Counted from the stretch's first letter, positions 35,474 to 46,782 are shown. The stretch: 48,888 nt of DNA from a bacterium (GCA_049472335.1 JBLIRO010000037.1:1-48888), one strand, 5' to 3'. The notes: a model not told the origin generated them from the letters alone. Translations and numbers: made by a program.

Positions 35474-36862
35474 TCACTTTTTATGGATCTGTTCAAGCTT
35501 CCTAAATAATGTAGATCTGCCAATCCCGAGCAATTTTGCGGCGAGTGTCTTGTTGCCGCCTGCCTTGCGCAAAGCATCTCCTATACATTTTTTTTCCATT
35601 TCCGCGAGGGTCATAAAATCATCTTCTTTGTTATTTTTTTTAGAATATGAGGAAGATTCTGTTGTTATAGGCTCGGCAAAAAATGCATCCTCCCTTGGAA
35701 AGTGGAGAGAAGCAGGTGTGAGGGTATCATTTTCCTCCATAATCATTGCCCTTTCAATGATATTTTTTAGCTCCCTGACATTTCCAGGATAGATATATTG
35801 TAGTAAGAGAGATATAGATCCCTGATGTAGCCCCCTGATATTCTTATGAAATTCGATGTTGAACCTTTCAATAAAATAATTTGCAAGGGGTATAATATCT
35901 TCCTTTCGCTCCCTTAGAGGTGGGACAGTGATAGGAAACACATTGAGCCGATAAAACAAATCTTCCCTGAACTCGTTGGAGACAATCTTTTTTCTCAGAT
36001 CACGGTTTGTCGCAGCTATTACTCTCAGATCGACCTTATGGTCAACAGTACCACCAATCCTCCTAAAGGTCCTCTGTTCAAGGAACCTTAGCAATTTTAC
36101 CTGAATTGAAAGATCCAGGGTCGAGATTTCATCCAAAAACAATGTGCCTTGATCTGTAAGCTCCAACAGCCCCTTTTTGGGGCTCTTTGCATCTGTGAAT
36201 GCCCCTTTTTCATAGCCGAACAGCTCGCTCTCCATTAATGAACTGGGAAGTGCAGAACAGCTTATATCAACAAAAGGCTTATCCGCTCTTGGGCTAAGGT
36301 GATGGATTGTCCTTGCTACCAGTTCCTTACCCGTTCCGCTTTCTCCCATAACAAGCACAGTGCTGTTTTCCAGTTTGGCTATCTTTTCTACCAATTGGTA
36401 GACCTCTTTCATCTTGGGGCTTTCTATAACAGTAATATGATCCGGGCCAAATCTTTGTACAAACTGTTTTTTAAGAAGTAAATTTTCTGTAAATAGATCG
36501 TAAGCCTTTATCGCCTTTTTTATGATTATTTTCAGTTCATCTATATCGGTTGATTTTACTAAATAGTCATCGGCTCCAAGTTTAATTGCCTTTATTGCGT
36601 CGTGAATATTCTGCGAAGAGGTGAGGATAATGATCTGAATATTCGGGTAATCTGCCTTTACAATCTTCAGTGTTTGAAAACCATCGATCCCCGGAAGCGA
36701 AAGATCAAGCAAGAGCAGATCGAACTCCTCATCTTTTAATAACCGCAATGCGTCTTCACCGCTAAACACAGGATGACAATACAGGCCTTCAGATTCCAGA
36801 CAGCGGCATATACTTTTACAAATTAGACGGTCATCATCTACTATTAGTATCCTATACGACAT
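35474..36862 (-). CDS. Sigma-54-dependent response regulator (NtrC family: REC-AAA+-Fis HTH)
   Basis: GESGTGKE, ESELFGYEKGAFTDA, LFLDEI, FREDLFYRL, PGNVREL, AAKLLGIGRSTLFRKL. Confidence 0.95.
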   Translation of the reverse strand: MSYRILIVDDDRLICKSICRCLESEGLYCHPVFSGEDALRLLKDEEFDLLLLDLSLPGIDGFQTLKIVKADYPNIQIIILTSSQNIHDAIKAIKLGADDYLVKSTDIDELKIIIKKAIKAYDLFTENLLLKKQFVQRFGPDHITVIESPKMKEVYQLVEKIAKLENSTVLVMGESGTGKELVARTIHHLSPRADKPFVDISCSALPSSLMESELFGYEKGAFTDAKSPKKGLLELTDQGTLFLDEISTLDLSIQVKLLRFLEQRTFRRIGGTVDHKVDLRVIAATNRDLRKKIVSNEFREDLFYRLNVFPITVPPLRERKEDIIPLANYFIERFNIEFHKNIRGLHQGSISLLLQYIYPGNVRELKNIIERAMIMEENDTLTPASLHFPREDAFFAEPITTESSSYSKKNNKEDDFMTLAEMEKKCIGDALRKAGGNKTLAAKLLGIGRSTLFRKLEQIHKK

Positions 36863-36900
36863 AATCCTATTAAAATGTGGAATTATTTTATTGTCAAGGT

Positions 36901-37968
36901 TTATTCACCGGGCAGACATATCTCTACCATTGTGCCTTCGCCTTCCTTACTCCGGATATTAATCGATCCGTTATGAAAATCGATTATTCTGGAGACTATT
37001 GAAAGCCCCAGGCCGGTCCTATCTGATCCTCTTGAAAAAAACGGATCGAATATATATTGTAAATCCTCTTCTTTTATCCCTGTGCCGGTGTCTTGAATAC
37101 TAACTTTTACCCATGATTTTGCGTCTTTATCTTCTGTTTCTGTCTGATATATATCCGTTTTAATGATGATCTTTCCCCCACTGGGCATAGCATCTATGGA
37201 ATTTAGAAGAATATTCAGGAATATCTGTTGCATTTTTGATGAATCAATCTTAATCGCCGGAATTTTACGATTAAAGGCCTTTTCGACAACTATCTGGTGA
37301 GAGCCAAGTTTTCTCCTCAACAATCTCAATGTCTTATTAATGGGGTAATGTATGTCTTCCTTTTTGGTAAGAAAAATTTTAGGTTTGCCAAAATCACTCA
37401 AATTTTCCAGAAGCTTCTCTAATCTTTGAACCTCACTGAGGATACCTTCCAAATCATTATATAGCGCACTCTTTGTTTTTCTATGTTCCAAACGTTCCAA
37501 AATCGATGCCACCATAAGTCCGATTCCGACAAGGGGATTCTTGATTTCATGCACGATAGAAGCTGCCAGCTCGCCCATTATCTTCAGTCTTCCCTGATGC
37601 TCAATCTCCCGCTGCATCCTTAGTTCTTTCGTTACAATCTTTCCAATCTCAAATACCCCTACTACATGTCCACGATTATCATAAACAGGATGTCTTCTGA
37701 TCAACACCTGATCATCCCCTATAGGAACTGACAATTCTTCATAATTTTTATCATTGGTGCTGAGGTTTAGAATAGGACAATCTTCACATGGGGTTTCCCT
37801 ATTACGGAGGATCTTATAGCATTTCTTTCCTATACATTCCTCTGCAGTCTTTTTCAGTAACCTTTCATAAGCCTTATTTACCATTAATATAGTATAATCC
37901 GTATCAATCAATGATATGATATCGATCACTCCATGAAATATGCTTCGAAATCTGGCTTTATATGGCAT
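36901..37968 (-). CDS. Cytoplasmic PAS histidine kinase, cognate of the NtrC-type regulator
   Basis: PAS with CY...PCEDCP; VHEIKNPL, NSIDAM, DTGTG, TGLGL. Confidence 0.92.
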   Translation of the reverse strand: MPYKARFRSIFHGVIDIISLIDTDYTILMVNKAYERLLKKTAEECIGKKCYKILRNRETPCEDCPILNLSTNDKNYEELSVPIGDDQVLIRRHPVYDNRGHVVGVFEIGKIVTKELRMQREIEHQGRLKIMGELAASIVHEIKNPLVGIGLMVASILERLEHRKTKSALYNDLEGILSEVQRLEKLLENLSDFGKPKIFLTKKEDIHYPINKTLRLLRRKLGSHQIVVEKAFNRKIPAIKIDSSKMQQIFLNILLNSIDAMPSGGKIIIKTDIYQTETEDKDAKSWVKVSIQDTGTGIKEEDLQYIFDPFFSRGSDRTGLGLSIVSRIIDFHNGSINIRSKEGEGTMVEICLPGE

Positions 37969-38522
37969 TGCTTACCATTGGTTCCTTTTAAGAAAACAGA
38001 AAATGAAAATTAAAATATTTCTAATATTAATTAACCTCTCTTCTAAAACGGCCAAACTGGAAAGAATCCCAAAACAGAATTGTTTCTCTTAAACCTCTTA
38101 TCATTAAGATCTAAAATCAAAAATAATGACGAAATATACCAAAATTTTTTTATGACGTTTCTTATAAACTCATAACAAGTGAAATATCAATAATATCTAA
38201 TTGTTCATCGGATGTTTATACAGAAACATTTGTTTTTACAATTATATTATAATTAATAAGCATTTAATGTGTCAATAAAAATTTGTTTTACTTTATAAAT
38301 TGTCTGATTTTATACCTATATAATGAAAAAAGATATAAATAAATATAATACATTTCAAACAAGGCAATCCAAACTTCATAATCAATTTTGACGAATAAAA
38401 TAAATACATATCATTAAGGACCAGCTTAAAAATAAAGTGGCATTTTTATACACACGAACACAGAAGCGCTATAGGGTATATAGTGTAAATTTATTAAGTA
38501 AAATTAATAGAAGGAGATCATA

Positions 38523-39104
38523 ATGCGTACCTTCTTAATAGCTCTCTTGTTAATACTCTTTATTATAACTCCGTGCTTTGCCAAAGTTCATGGAACTCCG
38601 GACGGACAGACCCCTCATGAGGAGGATGTCTGTGATGCTGAAACCGGAGCAGCCTACGGCCTATGCAATGCATATTGTGAGGCCATGGACTGCGATTCGG
38701 CAAACCCACATGCCTCAGAAAAGGCTTGCATCAAGATTAAAAGTCTGTTTCAAAAACATACCAATGGTCGTGATCTACCATGCGATCAGGCTGATGAAGA
38801 CAACTCAGGGCAAATTATCAAAGGTCCACGCTGTCCATGTCTCGATGATATCCCGGAATTTGCTGCCTTTCTTGAGAACCCGGATAATTTCACATACTGT
38901 TATGACACCGGCACCGGCGGACTCCTGGGAATAGGGGATATCGCCAGTGTTGAGATAATTACTAACGGTATGGAGGAGATTCCTGTCTGCGCCTATTCCA
39001 ATGATGATGTTTTCCACTTTGTGGAAATCACGTATGAAGAATTGGAAATTTGCGAAAAACTGCTACTTGATGCAACCGTGAATGTTGGATTGTATTGCGA
39101 GTAA
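38523..39104 (+). CDS. Secreted Cys-rich acidic hypothetical protein
   Basis: RBS AAGGAG; signal peptide; TPDGQTP...C...YGLCNAYCEAMDCD...C...PC then CPC...C...C...C...C. Confidence 0.8.
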   Translation: MRTFLIALLLILFIITPCFAKVHGTPDGQTPHEEDVCDAETGAAYGLCNAYCEAMDCDSANPHASEKACIKIKSLFQKHTNGRDLPCDQADEDNSGQIIKGPRCPCLDDIPEFAAFLENPDNFTYCYDTGTGGLLGIGDIASVEIITNGMEEIPVCAYSNDDVFHFVEITYEELEICEKLLLDATVNVGLYCE

Positions 39105-39115
39105 TCTGTGTATTC

Positions 39116-39165
39116 CACCATGTGGGATGCCTGCTTAATGGCATGGCAACCCACATGGTGTTTTT
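39116..39165 (+). terminator. Rho-independent terminator
   Basis: CACCATGTGGG...CCCACATGGTG followed by TTTTT. Confidence 0.8.
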
Positions 39166-39224
39166 CTATTTTAATTCATTAATGTCTGAACAAAACAAGC
39201 ATGGTTCTCCGGACTCCTATATTA

Positions 39225-39845
39225 TTAAAGGTATGGAAGCACCTTCAATAGAGCCCTATGGTCGTTAAAATGGTATACCGCGTTCAGGGATGGGTTCTTA
39301 TAGGATGCAAAATGGACTTTTGCGCCTTCCGAGACAAGACGATCAACCTCAGAGTCCCCTATATACAGGGCTTCATTCGGATCGGCCTTAAAATACCTTA
39401 ATATCTTGAATAGACATTCCGGATCCGGCTTTGGATTTTGAACATCCAGGGTGGTGACAACCATGTCAAAAAGCTCCCCAAGCCTGTGTTCTTCTATTAT
39501 TAAGGGCATGCTAAGCCCCCTGTTGGTTGCTATTGCAGTATGGTAATTGGGGCGGAGGCATTCGAGCACGGTTCGGATATGAGGCTCAAGGCGTAAAAGA
39601 GGGATAAAAGGAGTGTTGTCAATAACCTTCAAATAGGCTTTCGCCTCATCTATCATGTTTGTAGATTGGAAAAGATGTTCGATCGCCCCTAAGGCTGTCG
39701 ACACATGAACAAACTCCAGTTGTTCCATATTCAACGGAGGCATGCCAAAATGTTTCAGGATATGGTTATAAAATGCCTCATTGGCCTCCTTTGAATCAAT
39801 AAGCACCCCATCACAATCATATATGATCACCTTTGGTTTTATCAA
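39225..39845 (-). CDS. HAD-superfamily hydrolase (phosphoglycolate phosphatase-like)
   Basis: YDCDGVLIDS motif I, ATN, KPDP, YIGDS..D. Confidence 0.9.
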   Translation of the reverse strand: MIKPKVIIYDCDGVLIDSKEANEAFYNHILKHFGMPPLNMEQLEFVHVSTALGAIEHLFQSTNMIDEAKAYLKVIDNTPFIPLLRLEPHIRTVLECLRPNYHTAIATNRGLSMPLIIEEHRLGELFDMVVTTLDVQNPKPDPECLFKILRYFKADPNEALYIGDSEVDRLVSEGAKVHFASYKNPSLNAVYHFNDHRALLKVLPYL

Positions 39846-40339
39846 GAATCAATCACTCCTTTTTAAGACTTTTACAGCAGTTTTGTAATATTTTCGATTT
39901 TTTATTCTACTGAAACGACCTCCTGAAATATATATGTAATAATAACATATATTTAATTTTTGTTCATCCCAATGAACGTACCTATCAGGCTGCAGGGTCA
40001 GGTCTTTTATTATAAAGAACCTTGCATTTTCAAACAAATAAAATCTTACGAAAAATTTAAACCGATAAAGTATAATACATTGATATTTAATTAGTTATTG
40101 ATTCAACACAATGCGATACCAACAAACAAAAGTTGACTTCAAAGAATTTATTATCGTTTTAGAGGAATATCATGGACGAAAAGTAGATATATCATTAATT
40201 TATTAAATGCATAAATGTAAAATCATTATAATGGTTCCGGCACTAAAAGACATGGCCATTAATACACAAAGGCACAAATAAAACAACCGAACTTTTTAAA
40301 TCATTCTAAAAATGTAATGACAGGGGGAGGGCATTCTTA

Positions 40340-41128
40340 ATGGATATAATTGTCTGTATAAAACGAGTTCCTGATACGGCAGAGATTCCGGTGACAATCG
40401 ATGCAGATGAAAAAGGCATCAAGGAAGATCAGCTCACCTTTGATATTAACGAAGCAGACAGCTATGCCCTTGAAGAGGCATTGCTTATAAAGGAAAAATT
40501 CGGTGGCTCTGTCTCCGTTATAAGTATAGGCAATGAAGACACGGATGAAATCCTGCGCATGGGATTAGCAAAAGGTGCGGATTCCGCAATAAGGATCTGG
40601 GATGACAATTTTGCCTGTTCCGATGGTTATACGACTGCCAGGATACTCTCGAAAGCGCTCCAAAACAGAAAATTTGATCTGATATTGACAGGCTGCATGG
40701 CCACGGATGACGGTTATTCTCAAGTCGGACCAGCACTTGCGGAATTACTGGATATACCTCACGCATCATTTGTGACAAAAGCAGAGATCAATGAAAAGAC
40801 ATCTATCGTGCAACGCGAGCTTGAAGGAGGATTACTGGAAAAACTTGAAATGAGCCTTCCGGCATTGATCACCATCCAAACGGGGATCAATAAACCTCGT
40901 TATGCTTCAATGCTGGGCATAAGAAAGGCAGCCAGAAAAGAGATCGAATTCCTGGGTTTAAATGAAATTGGCCTTGAAAAAGAAGAAGTAGGAGAAGCGG
41001 GATCAAAAACAAGGATTGAAAAGATATATATACCCCCGATTCTTAAAAGGGCTGAGATTTTGGAAGGGACATCGGATGAGGTTTCCGCAAAGCTTGCCGA
41101 GGTGCTCAAAGGAAAGGGGGTGCTGTAA
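40340..41128 (+). CDS. etfB: Electron transfer flavoprotein beta subunit
   Basis: IIVCIKRVPDT, YALEEAL, DLILTG...DDG..QVG, PRYAS. Confidence 0.95.
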   Translation: MDIIVCIKRVPDTAEIPVTIDADEKGIKEDQLTFDINEADSYALEEALLIKEKFGGSVSVISIGNEDTDEILRMGLAKGADSAIRIWDDNFACSDGYTTARILSKALQNRKFDLILTGCMATDDGYSQVGPALAELLDIPHASFVTKAEINEKTSIVQRELEGGLLEKLEMSLPALITIQTGINKPRYASMLGIRKAARKEIEFLGLNEIGLEKEEVGEAGSKTRIEKIYIPPILKRAEILEGTSDEVSAKLAEVLKGKGVL

Positions 41129-42114
41129 TGAGCGAATTATTTGTATTGGTTGAACATAGAAGGGGTGAGATCAGGGATATAACATTTGAAACTCTCTCAC
41201 TGGGAAGACAGTTGGCACAAAAAAAAGGGACAAGTCTTACAGCGGTGCTCCTGGCGGACCATACCGAGAAATTTACAGACAGATTAAAAAACTATGCTGA
41301 CACAATATTATGTATCGATGAAGAAAAGGCCGGAAATTTCAATTCCGAGGTTTATCAGAAAATCCTTTCATTACTGATAAATGAGAGGAAGCCTATCCTT
41401 ACATTAATGGGGCACACAGCCTTTGGTCTGGATTTAGCCCCGTCTCTTGCCGTTGAATTGGGGCTTCCCCTTGCTACGGACTGTATAGGTTTGGATCTTG
41501 AGAATAATATACTATCGGCCGAGAGGCAGATGTTTGGCGGAAAGGTGAACGCGAGGATAAGCCTGAACGGGGAGCCCGGTTATATCGCGACCATACAACA
41601 AGGGGCCTTTCAACCTGAGGAAAATCAAACAGAGGCAAAGATTGAAAAGATTGCATCTCCGTTCAACGGAGACATATCATATCGCAGATTTATAGAATAT
41701 GTGGAGGCAGCAATCGGTGATGTGGATATAACGCAATCGGATATCGTGATCGCTGTTGGCCGCGGTATAAAAGAACAGGAAAACCTGTCTATGATAGAAG
41801 ATCTGGCCGGCTCAATGGGTGGGGTTCTGGCCTGTTCCAGGCCCATAGTTGATGCGGGCTGGCTGCCTAAAGCAAGACAAGTGGGAAGCTCCGGCAAGAC
41901 AGTGAATCCCAAGCTGTATATAGCAATAGGCATTAGCGGCTCAAGCCAGCACCTGACGGGGATGAAAGGTGCGAAGACGATCGTTGCCATTAACAAAGAC
42001 CCGAATGCCCCTATTTTTAATGTTGCGGATTATGGGATCGTGGATGACCTGCTGAAGGTAGTCCCGGTACTGAAGGAGAAGATATTGGAAGTGAAAAACG
42101 CTGTAACAGCCTAA
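41128..42114 (+). CDS. etfA: Electron transfer flavoprotein alpha subunit
   Basis: AVGRGI, CSRPIVDAGW, QVGSSGKTV, GISGSSQH, AINKDPNAPIF. Confidence 0.95.
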   Translation: MSELFVLVEHRRGEIRDITFETLSLGRQLAQKKGTSLTAVLLADHTEKFTDRLKNYADTILCIDEEKAGNFNSEVYQKILSLLINERKPILTLMGHTAFGLDLAPSLAVELGLPLATDCIGLDLENNILSAERQMFGGKVNARISLNGEPGYIATIQQGAFQPEENQTEAKIEKIASPFNGDISYRRFIEYVEAAIGDVDITQSDIVIAVGRGIKEQENLSMIEDLAGSMGGVLACSRPIVDAGWLPKARQVGSSGKTVNPKLYIAIGISGSSQHLTGMKGAKTIVAINKDPNAPIFNVADYGIVDDLLKVVPVLKEKILEVKNAVTA

Positions 42115-42125
42115 AGGGTAAGGTT

Positions 42126-43301
42126 ATGTCGAGCACAATAGAAATAATCCCGGAGATCAGGGAGGCCATTGTAGAGTCTGGAGCAAAGGACGTCTTCAAA
42201 TGCTACCAATGCGGAAAATGTTTCAGTGTGTGCCCCTGGTATCATGTATCGGCCACTGAATTTCCTGTTCACAGGATACCCCAGGCAGTTAAGCTGGGGA
42301 CTATAGCAAGCAGTGAAGATAAGGATGTGATCGAGGCTGAAGTAAAAGAGATATTCGAATGCGTCGGTTGTGAAGCCTGTTTGAATGAATGCCCACGAGG
42401 GGTGAATATCCCGGACATCATCAGGGCCGTGCGCAGAATATTTGTGGATTACGGCACCATCCCACAGGAATTGAAGTCTGCCATCTCAAAGATCCAGGGC
42501 ACGGGAAATCCACTGGGGGAGTCAAGGGAGAAGCGAATCCAGTGGTGCGAAGGCCTGGATGTGCCTGTTTTTCAGCCAGACATGGATTTTCTGTATTTTT
42601 CTTGCTGTCTGCCGGCATATGATTCACGTCTGAAAAATGTCTCTCAATCTACGGTTAAGATATTGAAGGACGCCAATGTATCCTTCGGAATACTAGGCCC
42701 TAAGGAAGAATGCTGCGGTGAAAGCATTCGAAGGGTGGGGTCCGAAAAGGTCTATAAAAAACTTGCAAAGGCAAATGTATCCAATTTGATCGATGCCGGA
42801 GCTAAAAGGGTCTTAACCACATCACCTCATTGTTATACCATATTTAAAAATGAATATCAGAAGTTTGGACTTCATGTGGAGGTCCTGCATCAAACCCAGG
42901 TTTTTGCAATGCTCATTGAAGAGGAAAGGATTATCCCCAAAAAGCCATTGAACAAAAAGGTCGTTTACCATGATCCCTGCACCCTGGGCAGGCAGAATGG
43001 AATCTATGACGAGCCGCGAAGGGTCCTTTCAAGCATTCCTGGCCTGGAGCTGGTAGAGGCGGAAAATTTCAACAGACAATTTAGTGTGTGTTGCGGGGGC
43101 GGAGGCGGAGGCCTATGGATTGACCTTCCTATAGAAGAACGCATGACGAATGCAAGGATACAACAATTACACGATACCGGCGCCGAAATTCTGGCCGTTG
43201 CCTGTCCATACTGTCTTCAGATGTTTGAGGATGCAATCAAAGTAATGAACCTTGATATGACTGTAAAAGATATCAGTGAAATCCTGTTTGAAGCATTGTA
43301 A
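42126..43301 (+). CDS. Fe-S oxidoreductase, HdrD/GlpC-like (2x[4Fe-4S] + two CCG domains), ETF partner
   Basis: CYQCGKC...CP, CVGCEAC...CP, ECCG, YHDPC, CCGGGGG, ACPYC. Confidence 0.9.
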   Translation: MSSTIEIIPEIREAIVESGAKDVFKCYQCGKCFSVCPWYHVSATEFPVHRIPQAVKLGTIASSEDKDVIEAEVKEIFECVGCEACLNECPRGVNIPDIIRAVRRIFVDYGTIPQELKSAISKIQGTGNPLGESREKRIQWCEGLDVPVFQPDMDFLYFSCCLPAYDSRLKNVSQSTVKILKDANVSFGILGPKEECCGESIRRVGSEKVYKKLAKANVSNLIDAGAKRVLTTSPHCYTIFKNEYQKFGLHVEVLHQTQVFAMLIEEERIIPKKPLNKKVVYHDPCTLGRQNGIYDEPRRVLSSIPGLELVEAENFNRQFSVCCGGGGGGLWIDLPIEERMTNARIQQLHDTGAEILAVACPYCLQMFEDAIKVMNLDMTVKDISEILFEAL

Positions 43302-43362
43302 AGACAGCGAAGGAAGCTTCAGGGCCTTCAAAAAAGCCCGGATACGACTAAATAACTTTTGA

Positions 43363-44331
43363 TTAATCCATCAAGTTTCTTGCTTCTATAAATTTCACCA
43401 TATTATAGATAAAGAGATTATACGGAACAGGAAGTTGATGTTTCTTAGCCAATTGAATAACAGCTCCATTTAAGGCCTCTATTTCTGTTGGTTTCTTTGC
43501 CCTTATATCCTGCAAGGTTGAAGATTCATGTTGTGCGGTTGATGGTAACAATTTACCATAAAAGGTCTCTAAATAATCTTCTGCAGTCTCCCACCATGTT
43601 CCATAACCCTCTCTTTCAATAACCATATATATCTCCTTAACTACTCCCTTCATTATATTCCTGGAATATTCAGATTCTCCCAATATACCATAAGGAACAT
43701 TTAAAATTGCTCCCAGGCCATTAAGAGCACAATTATAAAGCATCTTGGCCCAGAGGTCCTTTTCAATATTCTCATTAACCTCACAGGGGATACCTCCTCT
43801 TGTGATCAAATTACAAAGCTCATGAAGCCCCGCAATATCCTTATGAAATAAACTTCCAATATGAATGGCATCAGCATGGACAGTAATGGTTACCTCGTTT
43901 GGTTTAAGACGAGAGAATCCTGTAATTACACGTGCATTATAAATAATCTCTTCAGGGAAATAGGAGGCAAAAATTTCCGTATTACCCCATCCGTTTTGAA
44001 AGAGGATGATTTTTGTCTTTGATTGTAAATCTCCTTTATATTGAAAAATATCCCTGGCGGCTTGTTGGGAATCAAAGGATTTTGTACAAACAAACAGATA
44101 ATCACACTTATTTATGATGATATTTTTTAAAGAAGAATGTGCCTTAAATTGATCTGGTCTCGCATAATAGTCACCAAATATCCCGGTTCTTTTTAAACCC
44201 TCTTTTCTTAATAAAGATACTGTATGCTCCTTGGCAATGATATCTAAGGTAGCTCCGGCTTTCAGCAGACAACTGGCAATCCCCAGCCCCACTGCCCCTG
44301 CACCATAAATAAGAATATGCATCAAGTTCAC
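43363..44331 (-). CDS. panE: 2-dehydropantoate 2-reductase (ketopantoate reductase family)
   Basis: IYGAGAVG, CTKS, FQNG, WAKMLYNCALN, SSTLQD...TEIEALNG. Confidence 0.85.
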   Translation of the reverse strand: MNLMHILIYGAGAVGLGIASCLLKAGATLDIIAKEHTVSLLRKEGLKRTGIFGDYYARPDQFKAHSSLKNIIINKCDYLFVCTKSFDSQQAARDIFQYKGDLQSKTKIILFQNGWGNTEIFASYFPEEIIYNARVITGFSRLKPNEVTITVHADAIHIGSLFHKDIAGLHELCNLITRGGIPCEVNENIEKDLWAKMLYNCALNGLGAILNVPYGILGESEYSRNIMKGVVKEIYMVIEREGYGTWWETAEDYLETFYGKLLPSTAQHESSTLQDIRAKKPTEIEALNGAVIQLAKKHQLPVPYNLFIYNMVKFIEARNLMD

Positions 44332-44650
44332 CTCACTGATTCAAGGTCACAAAGTCTGCTTCTTTCTTCTACGTCCTACTTACCATTAATCATAAAACTC
44401 GGCTACATTTAAGGGTATATTATATATATCGAAAAAAGATTTGATTTGTGCCTTTTTTATACTGGCCGTATCGAGCTTAAAAGATATTACACCAATGGGA
44501 AAATGGAGATGGTGGAATTGTTTGAATTAAGCTGGTAACATAGAGATTTAGCTATTGGGTATTAAAAGATATCTCTATTTGTCAAGAAGGATTTTAAAAG
44601 GGAGCTGCATTGCCTTAAGCAAATCCCTAAATGCCAGAAGGGAGGCATAA

Positions 44651-44986
44651 ATGAATAAAAGATTAATTATATCCTTAATCACAGGGGCACTGTTAGGTAT
44701 AATATGTATAATTGGCGGAGGTATCAGGGCCAGAGGAATTGCCGGTAATGAGCTTTATCTTGCCGCTATGTGGTACAATCGTGTCATAATTGGCCTTGTT
44801 GTTGGACTGGCAGGATCATGGCAGATCACTCACACCACTTTAAACCGGTATATCCGTGGCGCCTTGCTAGGGCTGATGGTAAGTGCGGCCTTCTTTCTGT
44901 CAACAGGAATGCGAGATGTCATTGCATTCATTGCGGGGATCGTATACGGGATAATAATCGAATATGTAGCCTATCGATTCGAGTAG
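44651..44986 (+). CDS. Small 4-TM membrane protein of unknown function
   Basis: Four hydrophobic Gly-rich segments, GIICIIG and WYNR motifs; RBS GGAGG. Confidence 0.8.
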   Translation: MNKRLIISLITGALLGIICIIGGGIRARGIAGNELYLAAMWYNRVIIGLVVGLAGSWQITHTTLNRYIRGALLGLMVSAAFFLSTGMRDVIAFIAGIVYGIIIEYVAYRFE

Positions 44987-45101
44987 GCCAAAATGGAAAG
45001 GTTATGATTATTAAATTTTCCAAGAATTAACTGAGAAACCTTTCCCTTCCAGAGCAGAATAATTTTAAGAAAGATGACATAGTGATCTCAGATCAAAATT
45101 T

Positions 45102-45773
45102 TTATTCAAATTCTTGTGCAAATTTGATGAATCGCTCTTTTAATGCCTCCATTTCTGCCCGGAGGGAACGGACTTCTTCCTCCAGGGCCGAAATCCGCTG
45201 ATCTTCAGCAAGCACCTCAATCCGGGCAGCTTCAGGAGGAGGTGTCAGATCTTTTTCATCAACTTTTACCTCTCCGCAAAAAAGATGGGCGTAACGGGAT
45301 TCCTTGCGTCCTGGCAGGCGGGGAAGTTTAACCACAAATGGCCCTTCTTCCCTTTCCATGAGATATTGAAGTGTAGCCTCCACTTCAGAAAGGTCTTTGA
45401 ATTCATACATGCGGTTGGTCCGGGAATGCAGCTCCCCCGATGTCTGATATCCACGAAGCATAAGGACACAGAGTATCCCTATCTCAGCAGGAGAGAATTC
45501 AAAGAGCTCTCCGATCCTGTGTGCATATTTGGGAACACGTCCCTCAGCAGTATTTTTAAGCCAGACAAGATGCTTCTGACGAAGGTCATCGAGTACACGC
45601 ACAACGGTTTTTTCATCCAGGGTCATAACGGGATTACGGTTTGATTTCTGATTGCATGCATTTGTTAGTGCATTGAGTGTAAGGGGATAGTAATCGGGGG
45701 TGGTGATCTCTTTTTCGATCAATGAACCAAGTATCCTTACCTCCAAAGGAGTAAGAATAATATCCATTCTCAT
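45102..45773 (-). CDS. YceH/DUF480 (UPF0502) family protein
   Basis: EVRILGSLIEKEITTPDYYPLTLNALTNACNQKSNRNPV, LMLRG.QT.GEL, RYAHL. Confidence 0.92.
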   Translation of the reverse strand: MRMDIILTPLEVRILGSLIEKEITTPDYYPLTLNALTNACNQKSNRNPVMTLDEKTVVRVLDDLRQKHLVWLKNTAEGRVPKYAHRIGELFEFSPAEIGILCVLMLRGYQTSGELHSRTNRMYEFKDLSEVEATLQYLMEREEGPFVVKLPRLPGRKESRYAHLFCGEVKVDEKDLTPPPEAARIEVLAEDQRISALEEEVRSLRAEMEALKERFIKFAQEFE

Positions 45774-46180
45774 TTACCCCCTTTCTCTTCGACAACACGA
45801 TGATAAACTGCCAGTTTATGAGTTATGTTATTTGATTTTATTATTGTTCTCTCCCAGTGATTTTAGATATAAGAAAAATAAATTGGGCCATGTTATCAAT
45901 AGGATATTTTAACACATTGGAAACCAGTTATCCATGACAGGGGAACGCCCTCCAGTAATTCTGGCTATGACACTTGTGTTAGTGAAATGTCATAAACCCA
46001 AATCTTACAGGGATCAGTGTACCCCAGCACTACCCTAATTTTGGAAAATCTTTCCGATTAAGTCTTAGAAAATCAAAATTGTGAAAAAAGTCTTCATTTT
46101 TTTGCAGCCTTTGAAATGCTTGTTAAATATGCAAGCGGGCTTCCTCGTATATAATCCCTGAAATTATATACCATTTAGGC

Positions 46181-46610
46181 AGGACAATTTCCTGTATTTG
46201 ATGGATAAAATTGTCCTGGTAGTAATATAAGCATCTTCTTTTCTACTTAGCAGAAATCTTTTTAACAACCATATCCTTAAATATATAGAAATATTTTTCT
46301 AAAGAATATTGTATTGATTTTTGGCATATGGATACTATGGCACCAATTCTAATTTTCGACAAATGGCCTTTGGCTAATGGGATCTTGAAAAATGAAAACC
46401 TGCAAATCATATATCTACTGATTATCCAGAGGATCGTTATCAATATTTGAAGACCTGACCAAGCATTTCCATAACATACTTGCCATAATTAGAATTACTG
46501 ATTCTATGACAATTTCCTTGACGGGGCAGATATATTTGTCACACACAAAAATATAAAGGTTCAAAAAAACAATATGTTTCAATCATATCAAATCTGGCAT
46601 TTCAATTGCT
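46181..46610 (+). promoter_or_regulatory. Sigma-54 promoter with two copies of a 35-bp enhancer-like element
   Basis: TGGCATTTCAATTGCT (46595-46610); GACAATTTCCT-N10-GATAwAwTTGTC at 46181-46215 and 46507-46541. Confidence 0.7.
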
Positions 46611-46782
46611 AAATATTTATTCATCACTCTTGTGATGATGATCCGTTAAAAGTCCCAAATAAGAAGTTTAAAGCATCGTATTTTCTGATTTTGTTGAATA
46701 CTACTCTAAAAAAAATGACTTTTTTATGGATCAGACAAAGGATGAGTTTATTTTAATTTAAAAAGATAATCCTAAAAAAATT

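Noticed and set aside
45938..46036. Run of small hairpins upstream of yceH as a possible riboswitch
   Set aside because: Stems are short (4-7 bp) and I recognise no conserved aptamer sequence.
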